Notes under the pieces: generated by a model
What the model saw: only the letters and a program-made list of their open reading frames with translations
Told to the model about the DNA's origin: nothing
The model's database searches: none
Made by a program: the position numbers and the translations under genes
In this document: positions 37,831 through 48,121 of the stretch, piece after piece
Layout: each line of letters begins with the position of its first letter
How positions within the stretch are numbered: the first letter of the stretch is position 1
Source: Synergistaceae bacterium
GTDB taxonomy: Bacteria; Synergistota; Synergistia; Synergistales; Synergistaceae
Reading direction: 5' to 3'
NCBI GenBank assembly: GCA_036652335.1
Contig: JAVVWB010000004.1
Span: 1-64,000 of the forward strand
DNA length: 64,000 nucleotides

Positions 37831-38788
37831 CGGACGTAAAGTCAAAATATTAGGTACGGGTATATATGTCCCTGAAAAAGTAATGTATAACTCTGAGTTT
37901 GAATCATTCTTAGATACAAGTGATACGTGGATTAGAGAAAGAACTGGTATAGAGAAAAGACATTTTGCAGCAAAGGGACAAAAATGTAGTGATTTAGCTT
38001 ATTTAGCTGCTCTTGATGTTCTCAAGAAGACAGGATTGCCAGTAGAAAAATTAGATATGATTATAATTGCTTCAAATACACCTGATTCACTTATTCCGTG
38101 TATGGCATCTAAAGTACAAGGTAGGTTGAATGCTGTGAACGCTGGTGCATATGATCTCCAAGCTGGTTGTACGGGAAGTTTAACAGCTATGCAGAATGCT
38201 ATAATGGGTATCGCTTGTGGACTATGGGATAATGTTTTGGTTATTGGATCTGAAGCATTTGAGAAGATTATGGACTGGTCAGACCGTGGAACTTGTATAT
38301 TGTTTGGAGATGCTGCAGGTGCATGTATTTTATCTGTAGCGGATGAGAGTGAAAAACAATTCTTTATCTCCGCTAAATTGACTGCTGACGGATTAAAACA
38401 CGACTACATAACAAATGAAAATAATGGCGATAATGAACACAACTACCTTCGTATGAAAGGTCATGATGTATTTAAGTATGTAAGTTTGAATTTACCCAAA
38501 TTTATAAATGAATTTTGTAGTGAGTCTAAGGTTGATCCAACTGACGTCGATTTTTGGGTGCTTCATCAGGCTAATACTAGGATCATTGATGGTGTATTTA
38601 AAAGGGTAGGAATATCAACAGACAGAACTTTACTTAATTTGGGAAAATATGGTAACACTTCTGCTGCATCAATGCTTGTTGCATTAGATGAGTCATATAG
38701 AGAAGGACGTATAAAGAGGGGCGAAAAAGTTGCTTTTATCGCTTTTGGTGCAGGGATGACTTTAGGCGGATTGCTCTATAACGCATAA
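37817..38788 (+). CDS. fabH: 3-oxoacyl-ACP synthase III
   Basis: Cys-His-Asn KAS III signature regions (GCTGSL, VLHQAN, GNTSAAS). Confidence 0.9.
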   Translation: MGFVSGRKVKILGTGIYVPEKVMYNSEFESFLDTSDTWIRERTGIEKRHFAAKGQKCSDLAYLAALDVLKKTGLPVEKLDMIIIASNTPDSLIPCMASKVQGRLNAVNAGAYDLQAGCTGSLTAMQNAIMGIACGLWDNVLVIGSEAFEKIMDWSDRGTCILFGDAAGACILSVADESEKQFFISAKLTADGLKHDYITNENNGDNEHNYLRMKGHDVFKYVSLNLPKFINEFCSESKVDPTDVDFWVLHQANTRIIDGVFKRVGISTDRTLLNLGKYGNTSAASMLVALDESYREGRIKRGEKVAFIAFGAGMTLGGLLYNA

Positions 38789-38822
38789 CACGAAAGAATA
38801 TATTTTAATAACGGGTGATTAT

Positions 38823-39767
38823 ATGTTTGAGAAAAACAGAATATCAAATTTATTAAAGATTAAATATCCAATTTTACAGGGTGGTATGGCTTGGGTCGCT
38901 GATGCAGATCTTGCAGCCGCAGTAAGTAATGCAGGTGGCTTAGGCATAATTGCTGCTGCGAGTATGCCTGCTGAACTTTTAGAAAAAGAAATAATAAAAG
39001 TAAAGACTCTAACAGATAAGCCATTTGGTCTTAATATAATGTTAATGTCTCCTACTGCGGATGATGCTATGGAGATTGCTGCTAAGTATTCTGTCCCTAT
39101 TGTTACAACTGGTGCTGGACTTCCAGGAAAAGTAATAGAAAGATTAAAACCGCTCGGTACTATCATAGTTCCAGTTGTTGCTTCTGTCGCACACGCTGAC
39201 AGAGTTCAGAAACAGGGGGCTGATGCTGTTGTTGCTGAAGGAAGTGAAGCGGGGGGCCATATTGGAGAGATCAATACAATGGCTTTGATACCTCAAGTTG
39301 TTAATTCCGTTTCTATACCTGTTATAGCAGCTGGAGGAATCGCTGATGCGAGAGGCGTATTAGCAGCTTTTGCGCTTGGTGCAGAAGGAGTTCAGGTTGG
39401 GACTAGGTTTGTATGTGCTACAGAATGTAATGTACACGACAATTACAAGAATAAAATTCTAAAAGCTAATGATAGGTCTACTGTTGTTACTGGACGTCCA
39501 CTAGGGCACCCTGTTAGAGGGATAAAGAATAAACTTACAAGAGAATACGAACTTTTGGAAAAAAATGGTGCTCCACTTGAAGAACTAGAAGCTCTTGGTG
39601 TTGGTAAACTTAGAAATGCTGTTGTTGACGGAGATATGGATTGGGGTGCAATTATGTCTGGGCAGTCAGCAGGCTTGGTTAATAAGATAGAACCTGCATT
39701 AGATATAATAAAAGATTTAACAGATATACAAACAAAATATGATGAAATTATAATGAGGTTAGGCTAA
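38823..39767 (+). CDS. fabK: enoyl-ACP reductase II (FMN-dependent, nitronate monooxygenase family)
   Basis: GGMAWVADADLAAAVSNAGGLGIIAA. Confidence 0.85.
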   Translation: MFEKNRISNLLKIKYPILQGGMAWVADADLAAAVSNAGGLGIIAAASMPAELLEKEIIKVKTLTDKPFGLNIMLMSPTADDAMEIAAKYSVPIVTTGAGLPGKVIERLKPLGTIIVPVVASVAHADRVQKQGADAVVAEGSEAGGHIGEINTMALIPQVVNSVSIPVIAAGGIADARGVLAAFALGAEGVQVGTRFVCATECNVHDNYKNKILKANDRSTVVTGRPLGHPVRGIKNKLTREYELLEKNGAPLEELEALGVGKLRNAVVDGDMDWGAIMSGQSAGLVNKIEPALDIIKDLTDIQTKYDEIIMRLG

Positions 39768-40711
39768 TGAGATATGCAATAATTTTCCCAGGACAGGGTG
39801 CTCAACGTCCAGGAATGGGAAAGGAATTTTTCGATAATTATGCTTCTGCTCGTGAAGTTTTTGAAATGGCAGATGATGCTCTAGGCTTTTCTCTAACGGA
39901 TATGATTTTTAATGGGACACCAGATGATTTAGCAAAAACTTCGATTACTCAACCATCTATTTTAACTGTAAGTATAGCTGCATTCAAAGCGTTGCAAGAA
40001 GAATTTGGAACAGACCTAACCCCAATATGCATGGCTGGGCACAGTTTGGGGGAGTACACATCTCTTGTTGCTTCAGGTGTCCTATCTATAGCTGATGGCG
40101 TAAAGCTAGTTCATTTAAGAGGAGATCTAATGCAAGAAGCTGTTCCTTTTGGTTTGGGAACGATGGCAGCAATAGTAGGATTGCCTTATGAAGAGGTTGA
40201 CTCTATTTGCAAACAGGTATCTCAGAATGAAGTTTGTCAAGCGGCTAATATAAATTCATCTACTCAAGTTGTTATTTCTGGACATACAACTGCTGTTGAA
40301 CGAGCAATAAAAATAATAGAACAAAATGGTAATATAAGAATAGTGCCTCTTAGAGTAAGTGCTCCTTTTCACTCTGATTTAATGAGGCCTGTGGCTGAAA
40401 AGCTAAAGGATGCTTTTGAAAAAATAGAATGGAATGATTCAAAAATTCCTATAATTGCAAATGCAACAGCATTGCCTGTTGAAAGCAAAAATGATATAAA
40501 GAGGGCGTTATACCTACAAACATTTTCACCTGTTCTTTGGGCTCAAAGCGTTGAAGCTATGGAACACAAAGTTGAGGGTTATATTGAACTTGGTCCAGGT
40601 AGTGTCCTCTCTGGTTTGGTAAGAAAAATATCAAAAATTCACAAACCATATCCTGTCTCAAGTACCGAAGAACTTGTAAAAGCGGTCTCGTTTCTTAGAG
40701 AGGAGTGCTAG
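39767..40711 (+). CDS. fabD: malonyl-CoA:ACP transacylase
   Basis: GHSLGEY active-site motif. Confidence 0.9.
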   Translation: MRYAIIFPGQGAQRPGMGKEFFDNYASAREVFEMADDALGFSLTDMIFNGTPDDLAKTSITQPSILTVSIAAFKALQEEFGTDLTPICMAGHSLGEYTSLVASGVLSIADGVKLVHLRGDLMQEAVPFGLGTMAAIVGLPYEEVDSICKQVSQNEVCQAANINSSTQVVISGHTTAVERAIKIIEQNGNIRIVPLRVSAPFHSDLMRPVAEKLKDAFEKIEWNDSKIPIIANATALPVESKNDIKRALYLQTFSPVLWAQSVEAMEHKVEGYIELGPGSVLSGLVRKISKIHKPYPVSSTEELVKAVSFLREEC

Positions 40712-41452
40712 TTGATGTCTCAAGAAGTTGCTTTGGTAACAGGAGCAAGCAGGGGAATTGGTAAAGCAATAGCATTAGAACTTGCTAAGTCGGGTTATAA
40801 AGTTGCGGTAAATTACAATTCATCCTCTGTTGCTGCTGAAGATATTGTTTCAGAAATAATAAAAAATGGTGGAAATGCATGTGCTGTAAAAGCTAATGTT
40901 TCTTCATTAGAGCAAGTGAAAGATATGTTTAAAGAAGTTTCTGAAAAACTTGGAAATGTAGATGTATTAGTTTGTAATGCAGGCATAACAAAGGATAATC
41001 TCTTGATGAGAATGAAAGAAGAAGAATGGGATTCTGTAATTTCTTCTGATTTATCATCTTTTTATTATTGTACAAAAGAGGCAATAAGACCAATGGTTAA
41101 AGCTAAAAAAGGTCGCATAATTGCTATTTCATCCGTTATTGGTTTAATAGGTAACCCTGGTCAGTGTAATTATGCTGCAGCTAAAGCAGGCATGATAGGT
41201 TTTGTAAAAAGTTTGGCAAAAGAGGTTGCATCAAGAGGAATTACTGTTAATGCAATAGCACCAGGGTACATAGATACAGATATGACCTCTACTCTTTCAG
41301 AAGAAGTAAGGAACGAGATTATGAGAAGTATTCCTGTCGGCAGAATAGGGAAACCTGAAGATATAGCAAAGGCAGTTTTATTTTTAGCATCAGATTCTGC
41401 ATCCTATATTCAAGGTCAAGTCCTTGCTGTAGATGGCGGAATGACAATGTAA
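40712..41452 (+). CDS. fabG: 3-oxoacyl-ACP reductase
   Basis: TGASRGIGKA and YxxxK short-chain dehydrogenase motifs. Confidence 0.9.
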   Translation: MMSQEVALVTGASRGIGKAIALELAKSGYKVAVNYNSSSVAAEDIVSEIIKNGGNACAVKANVSSLEQVKDMFKEVSEKLGNVDVLVCNAGITKDNLLMRMKEEEWDSVISSDLSSFYYCTKEAIRPMVKAKKGRIIAISSVIGLIGNPGQCNYAAAKAGMIGFVKSLAKEVASRGITVNAIAPGYIDTDMTSTLSEEVRNEIMRSIPVGRIGKPEDIAKAVLFLASDSASYIQGQVLAVDGGMTM

Positions 41453-41523
41453 AGAAAAGTTTATTTTTAAGCTTTTTTACTATATTTTTCACAAAAGTGT
41501 TAATTTGAAGGGAGGTGAACGGC

Positions 41524-41775
41524 ATGAAAATAGAAGAAGTACAGGCAAAACTAAAGGATATCGTAATTGATAGACTAAACGCAGAAGAAGATCAGATTAA
41601 GCCCGAAGCATCATTTGTCGAAGACCTTGGAGCAGATTCACTTGATATCGTTGAACTTATTATGGGTATCGAAGAAGAGTTTGACATCGAAATCCCTGAT
41701 GAAGATGCAGAAAAGCTCACAACTGTTGGAGAAGCATTGTCTTATGTAAAGACAAAACTTGGAACAGAAGAATAA
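41524..41775 (+). CDS. acpP: acyl carrier protein
   Basis: DLGADSLD phosphopantetheine attachment site; GGGAGG Shine-Dalgarno. Confidence 0.9.
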   Translation: MKIEEVQAKLKDIVIDRLNAEEDQIKPEASFVEDLGADSLDIVELIMGIEEEFDIEIPDEDAEKLTTVGEALSYVKTKLGTEE

Positions 41776-41838
41776 TTTAAATACCGTATATGGGGGGTCA
41801 TACCGGTTATGACTCCCTAAAGGTATGGAGGGTAAAAA

Positions 41839-43077
41839 ATGAGAAGAGTAGTTATAACTGGGCTTGGAGCTGTGACTCCAATTGGATGTGGAAAAGAAGA
41901 GTTCTGGAATGCACTTGAAGAAGGCAAAAATGGTGTTGCTAACATCACTTTGTTTGATACAACAAACCACAACTCAAAAATAGCCGGTGAAATAAAAGAT
42001 TTTAATCCTGAAAATTGGTTGGATAAAAAAGAAATTAGACGTACAGACAGGGTTTTACATTTGGTAACTGCGGCGGCTGATATGGCTGTTGAAGACGCGA
42101 AACTAGATTTAGACTCAATAGATAAGAATATGTTCGGCGTTTATATAGGTAGCGGTGAGGGCGGAATTTCAACAATTGAAGACAACTTCCGTACACTTTT
42201 TGAAAAAGGTCCTAACCGAGTAAGTCCTTTTATGGTGCCGATGATGATAACAAACATGCCAGCTGCTTATGTAGCGATACGTTTTGGTGCTAAGGGACCA
42301 AATATGGCTGTGGTAACGGCGTGTGCGTCATCTATAAATAGTATGGGAGAAGCATATAACTGTATAGTTCGTGGAGATGCTGATGTGATGCTTACGGGTG
42401 GTAGTGAAGCAGCTATAACACCTATTGCTACAGCAGGTTTTGCCTCACTGAAAGCATTATCTGGAAGAGAAGATGATCCTGAACACGCATCAAGACCATT
42501 TGACTTAGGACGAGATGGTTTTGTAATTGCGGAAGGTTCCGGAATCTTAGTTTTTGAAGAACTTGAACACGCAAAAAAACGTGGAGCACACATATATGCA
42601 GAGGTTAAGGGATATGGTATCTCTTGTGATGCACACCACATTACAGCACCTGATCCTGACGGTGATGGAGCATATAGAGCAATGGCAATGGCAGTAAAAA
42701 AAGCTGGTTGGAATGTAGAGGATATTGATCTCATCAATGCTCATGGTACTTCTACACCACTTAATGACAAAATGGAAAGTAGTGCAATAAAAAAATTATT
42801 AGGTGATGGTGTTAATAATACCTATGTCCACTCTACAAAATCAATGATTGGTCATGCACTTGGAGCAGCTGGTTCAATAGAAATGATTGCTTCTTTGTTA
42901 GCAATTGAAAAGGGTATAATTCATCCTACAATTAACCAGTTTGAACCTGATCCATGCTGTGATATCAATATTGTTAAGAACGTAGCGATAAAGTCAGATG
43001 TTTCAAAGATATTAAATAATAACTTTGGCTTTGGCGGACATAATGCTGTCCTTGCAGTAGAGCGATATTCCGACTAG
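41839..43077 (+). CDS. fabF: 3-oxoacyl-ACP synthase II
   Basis: KAS II Cys-His-His regions (TACASS, HGTST, GHALGAAG). Confidence 0.9.
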   Translation: MRRVVITGLGAVTPIGCGKEEFWNALEEGKNGVANITLFDTTNHNSKIAGEIKDFNPENWLDKKEIRRTDRVLHLVTAAADMAVEDAKLDLDSIDKNMFGVYIGSGEGGISTIEDNFRTLFEKGPNRVSPFMVPMMITNMPAAYVAIRFGAKGPNMAVVTACASSINSMGEAYNCIVRGDADVMLTGGSEAAITPIATAGFASLKALSGREDDPEHASRPFDLGRDGFVIAEGSGILVFEELEHAKKRGAHIYAEVKGYGISCDAHHITAPDPDGDGAYRAMAMAVKKAGWNVEDIDLINAHGTSTPLNDKMESSAIKKLLGDGVNNTYVHSTKSMIGHALGAAGSIEMIASLLAIEKGIIHPTINQFEPDPCCDINIVKNVAIKSDVSKILNNNFGFGGHNAVLAVERYSD

Positions 43078-43087
43078 ATATTTAAAA

Positions 43088-43783
43088 ATGGATAAACTAA
43101 TTTTTGAAAACGAATTAAAGAAGTTTCAAACAAAAATTGGATATGTGTTTTCAAATGAAAAATTATTAGAAGAAGCTCTAACTCATTCATCGTATGCGAA
43201 TGAGTTAGGGTGTTCTTTTTTTAATGAGAGACTTGAATTTCTTGGTGACGCAGTACTCGAACTTGTAACATCGGAGAGACTGTACTATAAAGAAAAACAG
43301 CTAGATGAAGGTAAACTTACCTTGTTGAGGTCTCAACTCGTTTGTAAAAAGAGCTTATGTAATTGGGCTAAGATAATTGGATTAAATGAAATAATAAAAC
43401 TGGGTAAAAGTTTAAGAAATACAGGTGCAACTGACTCAATATGTGCAGATGCATTAGAAGCAGTTTTTGGAGCGATATTTCTTGACTCATCATTTGAAGA
43501 TGCAAAAATAATTATTGAAAATTATTTAGACTCACAACTTAATATTTCTCCTGATAATCTTGATCCTAAGACAGAATTGCAACAACTGTTGCAAGGTAAA
43601 GGCATGGGTGTTCCCTATTACAAAACTATTGATAAAAAGGGTCCTGATCATGCTTTAAAATTTAAAGTTGCAATTACATTGAATAATAATGTGATTGCGG
43701 AGGCCTGGGGAAATAGCATAAAAGAAGCTGAGTTTAACGTTGCACAATATATCCTTGAAAATAATATATTAAAAATAAAATAA
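43088..43783 (+). CDS. rnc: ribonuclease III
   Basis: ERLEFLGDAVLEL signature and C-terminal dsRBD. Confidence 0.9.
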   Translation: MDKLIFENELKKFQTKIGYVFSNEKLLEEALTHSSYANELGCSFFNERLEFLGDAVLELVTSERLYYKEKQLDEGKLTLLRSQLVCKKSLCNWAKIIGLNEIIKLGKSLRNTGATDSICADALEAVFGAIFLDSSFEDAKIIIENYLDSQLNISPDNLDPKTELQQLLQGKGMGVPYYKTIDKKGPDHALKFKVAITLNNNVIAEAWGNSIKEAEFNVAQYILENNILKIK

Positions 43784-43796
43784 ATCTTTGCAACCG

Positions 43797-43975
43797 ATTG
43801 CATAAAATATTTTTATGTTGTACAATACACAATATAATGTTGATTTAGTGATTAGGGGGGGAGTATTCATGTGCAAATTTGTAAATGCAGTTCGTGAAAG
43901 CTGGATACTAACTTCTAATTGGTTGTTTGTTTAGACTGCCTTTGTAGGTGGTCTTTTTTTGTATTTAAAGGGGGA
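43797..43975 (+). promoter_or_regulatory. pyr operon promoter and PyrR-dependent attenuator leader
   Basis: TTGCAT-17-TACAAT promoter at about 43797-43830. Candidate PyrR-binding loop UUCGUGAAAGCUGG. Terminator hairpin gactgcc...ggtggtc plus T7 just before the pyrR Shine-Dalgarno. Confidence 0.5.
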
Positions 43976-43981
43976 ATGGAT

Positions 43982-44536
43982 ATGCACTTGTTGAAAGAAA
44001 AAGCTCAGCTTATGTCCTCACAGGATATTAGCAGGGTAATTCGCAGAATTGCGAATGAAATATTGGAACAAAATAAAGGTACGGAGAACATGGTTTTGGT
44101 AGGTATACATCGCAGGGGGGTATACTTAGCTCGCCGTATTCAGAAAATGATTTATGAGATGGAAAATGAAAAGATACCATGTGGAGAACTTGACATTACT
44201 CTTTATAGAGATGATTTAACTTCTTTATTTGAGCAACCAGTAGTCCACAGTACAAGAATGCCAGTAGACATATCAGGAAAAAAAGTTTTTCTTGTTGATG
44301 ATGTCCTTTATACAGGTAGAACCGTTAGAGCAGCACTAGAAGCATTGGTTGATTTGGGAAGACCCTCTCATGTTAAATTAGTTGTAATCATTGATAGAGG
44401 GCACAGAGAGCTACCGATTCATGCTGATATATATGGTAAAAAAGTTCCAACGTCAAAGAATGAAGTTATTGAGGTTAGAGTAAGTGAATTAGATGAAAAA
44501 GATGAGGTGGTCATTTGTGAACGAGAGTCTAAATGA
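43982..44536 (+). CDS. pyrR: bifunctional pyrimidine operon regulator / uracil phosphoribosyltransferase PyrR
   Basis: VFLVDDVLYTGRT PRPP-binding motif; AAAGGGGGA Shine-Dalgarno. Confidence 0.9.
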   Translation: MHLLKEKAQLMSSQDISRVIRRIANEILEQNKGTENMVLVGIHRRGVYLARRIQKMIYEMENEKIPCGELDITLYRDDLTSLFEQPVVHSTRMPVDISGKKVFLVDDVLYTGRTVRAALEALVDLGRPSHVKLVVIIDRGHRELPIHADIYGKKVPTSKNEVIEVRVSELDEKDEVVICERESK

Positions 44537-45473
44537 AGAATCTCAGGTAATATGGAGACATAGAAGTGTTATTGATATTGCTGGATGGACAAGGGACGAA
44601 CTTTATTTTCTTCTAAATCAGTCTAAAAATATGGAGAACGTAATGGATCGTCCAATTAAAAAGGTCCCTGTACTTCGGGGGAAAATGTGTGTGAATCTCT
44701 TTTACGAAAATTCAACTAGGACTCGAGTTTCCTTTGAACTAGCTGAAAAAATGCTATCAGCAGATGTTGTTAACTGGTCTGTTTCTGGCTCAAGCCATGC
44801 TAAAGGAGAAACAATGAGGGATACAGCATGGACACTTGAAGCAATGGGGGCAGACATTGTAGTAATGAGACATGGCGATGTAGGAGCACCTCAATATCTT
44901 GCATCTAAGTTAAAAAGAGCAATAGTAATTAATGCAGGTGATGGTACTCATGCACATCCAACACAAGCCCTTTTAGATCTATATACAGCATGGAAACATT
45001 TCGGTAATCTTGAAGGTAAGAAAATTGCGATCCTTGGAGACGTACTTTGTAGCAGGGTTGCCAGAAGTAATATCATTGGTTTTAAAACAATGGGATGTGA
45101 TGTTGTCTTATCTGGTCCACCGACTGTAATGCCTAGGGATGTGGAATCTCTTGGATGCCAATATGTAAGAGATGCAAAAAAAGCTGTTGAAGATGCAGAT
45201 ATCGTATATCTTTTAAGAGTTCAGAAGGAACGACAACAAGACGGGCTTTTCCCCTCTGTTCATGAATATCATACATGGTGGGGAGCGGATAAAGATCTAC
45301 TTTCCTATGCTAAACCATCAGCTCTTGTAATGCACCCAGGGCCTATAAACAGAGGCGTTGAAATTGCATCAGATGTTGCAGATGGTTCTCAGAGTGTAAT
45401 ACTTGAGCAGGTTCGCTCTGGTGTTGCAATAAGAATGGCCTTACTCTATCTTTGCGGAGGTGGCGCTAGATAA
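44493..45473 (+). CDS. pyrB: aspartate carbamoyltransferase catalytic subunit
   Basis: STRTR and HPTQ motifs. Start uncertain: ATG 44493 or GTG 44520 after GAGGTGG. The gene overlaps the pyrR 3' end. Confidence 0.85.
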   Translation: MKKMRWSFVNESLNEESQVIWRHRSVIDIAGWTRDELYFLLNQSKNMENVMDRPIKKVPVLRGKMCVNLFYENSTRTRVSFELAEKMLSADVVNWSVSGSSHAKGETMRDTAWTLEAMGADIVVMRHGDVGAPQYLASKLKRAIVINAGDGTHAHPTQALLDLYTAWKHFGNLEGKKIAILGDVLCSRVARSNIIGFKTMGCDVVLSGPPTVMPRDVESLGCQYVRDAKKAVEDADIVYLLRVQKERQQDGLFPSVHEYHTWWGADKDLLSYAKPSALVMHPGPINRGVEIASDVADGSQSVILEQVRSGVAIRMALLYLCGGGAR

Positions 45474-46780
45474 TGAATAACATACTTTTAAAGGATTTTA
45501 GAATTTTTGACGGTAAAAAGTTTCTAAAAGAAACTTCTTTGGCAATAAAAAATGGCATTATCTCAGAAATAGCAGAAAATATTTCAGGTGATTTTGAAGA
45601 AGTTTATCATGGAGACAATGTAAAAATCATTTCACCAGGATTTATCGATTTACATGCACATTTTAGAGATCCAGGTGGAGAGTGGCATGAGGATGTTTAT
45701 TCTGGAGCAAATGCTGGTGCTGCAGGTGGTTTTACGACATTAGTTGCTATGCCTAACACTTCTCCGGCAATATCTGAATCCTCTCTTGTAGAGTATGTCT
45801 TAAGACATGGCAAAGCTGCTAATGCCGCCAGAATTTTGCCTTCGGGTTGTGTAAGTAAAAATAGAGAGGGCAAAGAAATGGCGGAGCTTTTAAAAATGAG
45901 TGAGGCTGGTGCAGTTTTCTTTACCGATGATGGTGCTCCTGTAGCTACAAGTAATCTTCTTCGTCTATCACTCCTTTATACAGGAAAAGAGCTTCCTCGT
46001 ATAATGGAACATCCGGAAGATGTCACCTTATTTAAGGGAGGACAAGTCCACGAGGGAAAAGTGAGTGCATTAAGTGGATTAAAAGGTATCCCCGCAGCAT
46101 CAGAAGAAATTGACGTTGCAAGAGGCATTGCTTTAGCAAGAGAGACAAATGGCAGAATACACTTTACTCATTTAAGTAGCAGGGGAGCTCTAGGGCTTAT
46201 AAGACAGGCAAAAAAAGAAGGGCTTGATGTAACGTGTGATACAACGTTCCATCACTTAACTTTGAATGAAAATGCTGTAATCAATAGTGGCTATAACTCT
46301 AGATACAAGGTTAATCCACCTCTTCGTAGCCCAGAAGATCAAAGGGCTATGTGGGAAGGGCTACAGGATGGTACAATAGATGCGATTGTTACAGATCATG
46401 CTCCATGGCATATGGACAGGAAAGATGAACCATTTCAAGATTCGCCTTTTGGTATTGCTTCTTTGGAATGTGCAGTAGCTGTATTGCTAGATTACAGAAC
46501 AAAGACATATCCAGATGTATCACTTGAGACAATATTGAATAAAATCACATCTTCTCCAGCAAGTTTGTTACCTGATAAATGGCAAAAATTAGGCAACTTA
46601 GAAAAAGGTGCTATGGCTGATATAACAATCATAGATGAAAAACGTACAAGAGTTGTAAATTGCAATGAATGGAAAAGTAAAGCCCGTTGCTGTCCATGGG
46701 AAGGTATGGCTCTTACCTCTTGGCCGATTATGACATTCGTTGAAGGTCAAAAAATTTGGGAAGATATAGAAGAATTTTAA
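45473..46780 (+). CDS. pyrC: dihydroorotase
   Basis: DLHAHFRDPG metal-binding motif. Confidence 0.9.
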   Translation: MNNILLKDFRIFDGKKFLKETSLAIKNGIISEIAENISGDFEEVYHGDNVKIISPGFIDLHAHFRDPGGEWHEDVYSGANAGAAGGFTTLVAMPNTSPAISESSLVEYVLRHGKAANAARILPSGCVSKNREGKEMAELLKMSEAGAVFFTDDGAPVATSNLLRLSLLYTGKELPRIMEHPEDVTLFKGGQVHEGKVSALSGLKGIPAASEEIDVARGIALARETNGRIHFTHLSSRGALGLIRQAKKEGLDVTCDTTFHHLTLNENAVINSGYNSRYKVNPPLRSPEDQRAMWEGLQDGTIDAIVTDHAPWHMDRKDEPFQDSPFGIASLECAVAVLLDYRTKTYPDVSLETILNKITSSPASLLPDKWQKLGNLEKGAMADITIIDEKRTRVVNCNEWKSKARCCPWEGMALTSWPIMTFVEGQKIWEDIEEF

Positions 46781-46802
46781 TAAATCAGTGGAGGTTAACT
46801 AA

Positions 46803-47519
46803 ATGATGAAAGAAAAATGTGGTCTTATTGTAGCTTTGGATGTTCCTACTTTATCTGATGCACGCAATTTTTTAGGACGTTTAGATAAAGCAACTAAATA
46901 TATAAAAATAGGGCCCAGACTTTATGCTATGGGTGGAATAGGTTTTGCAAAGGAAATAATTAATATGGGATACAACCTTTTTCTTGATTTAAAACTCCAT
47001 GATATCCCGAACACAGTGGCATCTGCAGTTGAACCTCTTTCTGAACTTGGACTTTGGGCTCTAACTATCCATACATCAGGTGGATATGAAATGATGGCAC
47101 GCTCAGTTGCTATGAGAGATAAAACAGGAAGCAATATGAATTTACTTGGTATAACGGTTCTTACTTCACTAGGAGGAAATTTGTGGAGTGACGTACACCC
47201 TGGTTCAGATTTACAAGAGGCACTTGTATCACGTGCATGTGAGGCAGAGAAGGCTGGTTTGGATGGAATAGTATGTTCACCTCTTGATCTTGAATTGCTT
47301 AGAGGAAAAGCACAAAAGCTTTTGAGAGTCGTTCCTGGAATTAGAGCAAAGAAGGTAAGTACGGAAGACCAAACACGAGTTGCTACTGCTAAAGATGCAG
47401 CTGAAAATGGTGCAAACTATATTGTTGTAGGTAGGCCTATTATTGAAGCTATAGACCCTGTTATTGCGACACAAGAAATATTAAAGACACTTTCGGAGGC
47501 TAATTACAATGACAAATAA
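46803..47519 (+). CDS. pyrF: orotidine-5'-phosphate decarboxylase
   Basis: IVALD...DLKLHDIPNT. Confidence 0.9.
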   Translation: MMKEKCGLIVALDVPTLSDARNFLGRLDKATKYIKIGPRLYAMGGIGFAKEIINMGYNLFLDLKLHDIPNTVASAVEPLSELGLWALTIHTSGGYEMMARSVAMRDKTGSNMNLLGITVLTSLGGNLWSDVHPGSDLQEALVSRACEAEKAGLDGIVCSPLDLELLRGKAQKLLRVVPGIRAKKVSTEDQTRVATAKDAAENGANYIVVGRPIIEAIDPVIATQEILKTLSEANYNDK

Positions 47520-48111
47520 ATGTGAAAATTACGAAGAAGTATCTTCCAAAATTCAGGAAATGATGAAAGAAAGTGGAGCACATCTCGAGGGGCACTTTAA
47601 ATTGACTTCGGGACTACATAGTGGTCACTATGTGCAGTGTGCTCTAATGTTGCGTTATCCACAATTTGCAGCTTATGCAGGAGAAAAGCTTGCAGAACGA
47701 CTTGCACCTTTAAAACCTGATTTCGTCCTTTCTCCAGCATTAGGTGGGCTTATAATCGGACATGAGGTTGCTAGAGCTTTGGGAGTACCATTTATATTTT
47801 GTGAACGACAAGATGGAGAAATGCGGTTGCGTAGGTTCCCTGCCCCTGTTGGCAAGAAATTTGTAATGATCGAAGATGTAGTTACGACAGGAAAATCATC
47901 AAGAGAAACGGCTCAGATTTTGGTTGATTTAGGAGCAGAATGGGTTGGTTCTGGTTCTATTATTGACAGACGTCCAGCGAATTTAGAGGATGATTGGAAT
48001 TTACAATCACTTTGGAAATTGTCCTTTCCCGTTTATACAGAAGAAGAATGCCCATTTTGCAAAGAAGGACTCCTTTTGGTAAAACCAGGAAGCCGTCCTG
48101 ACAAAAAATAG
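47509..48111 (+). CDS. pyrE: orotate phosphoribosyltransferase
   Basis: VMIEDVVTTGKS PRPP motif. Confidence 0.9.
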   Translation: MTNKCENYEEVSSKIQEMMKESGAHLEGHFKLTSGLHSGHYVQCALMLRYPQFAAYAGEKLAERLAPLKPDFVLSPALGGLIIGHEVARALGVPFIFCERQDGEMRLRRFPAPVGKKFVMIEDVVTTGKSSRETAQILVDLGAEWVGSGSIIDRRPANLEDDWNLQSLWKLSFPVYTEEECPFCKEGLLLVKPGSRPDKK

Positions 48112-48121
48112 GCATTTCTTC

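Noticed and set aside
42267-42737. 156-aa minus-strand ORF within fabF
   Set aside because: Antisense shadow of fabF.
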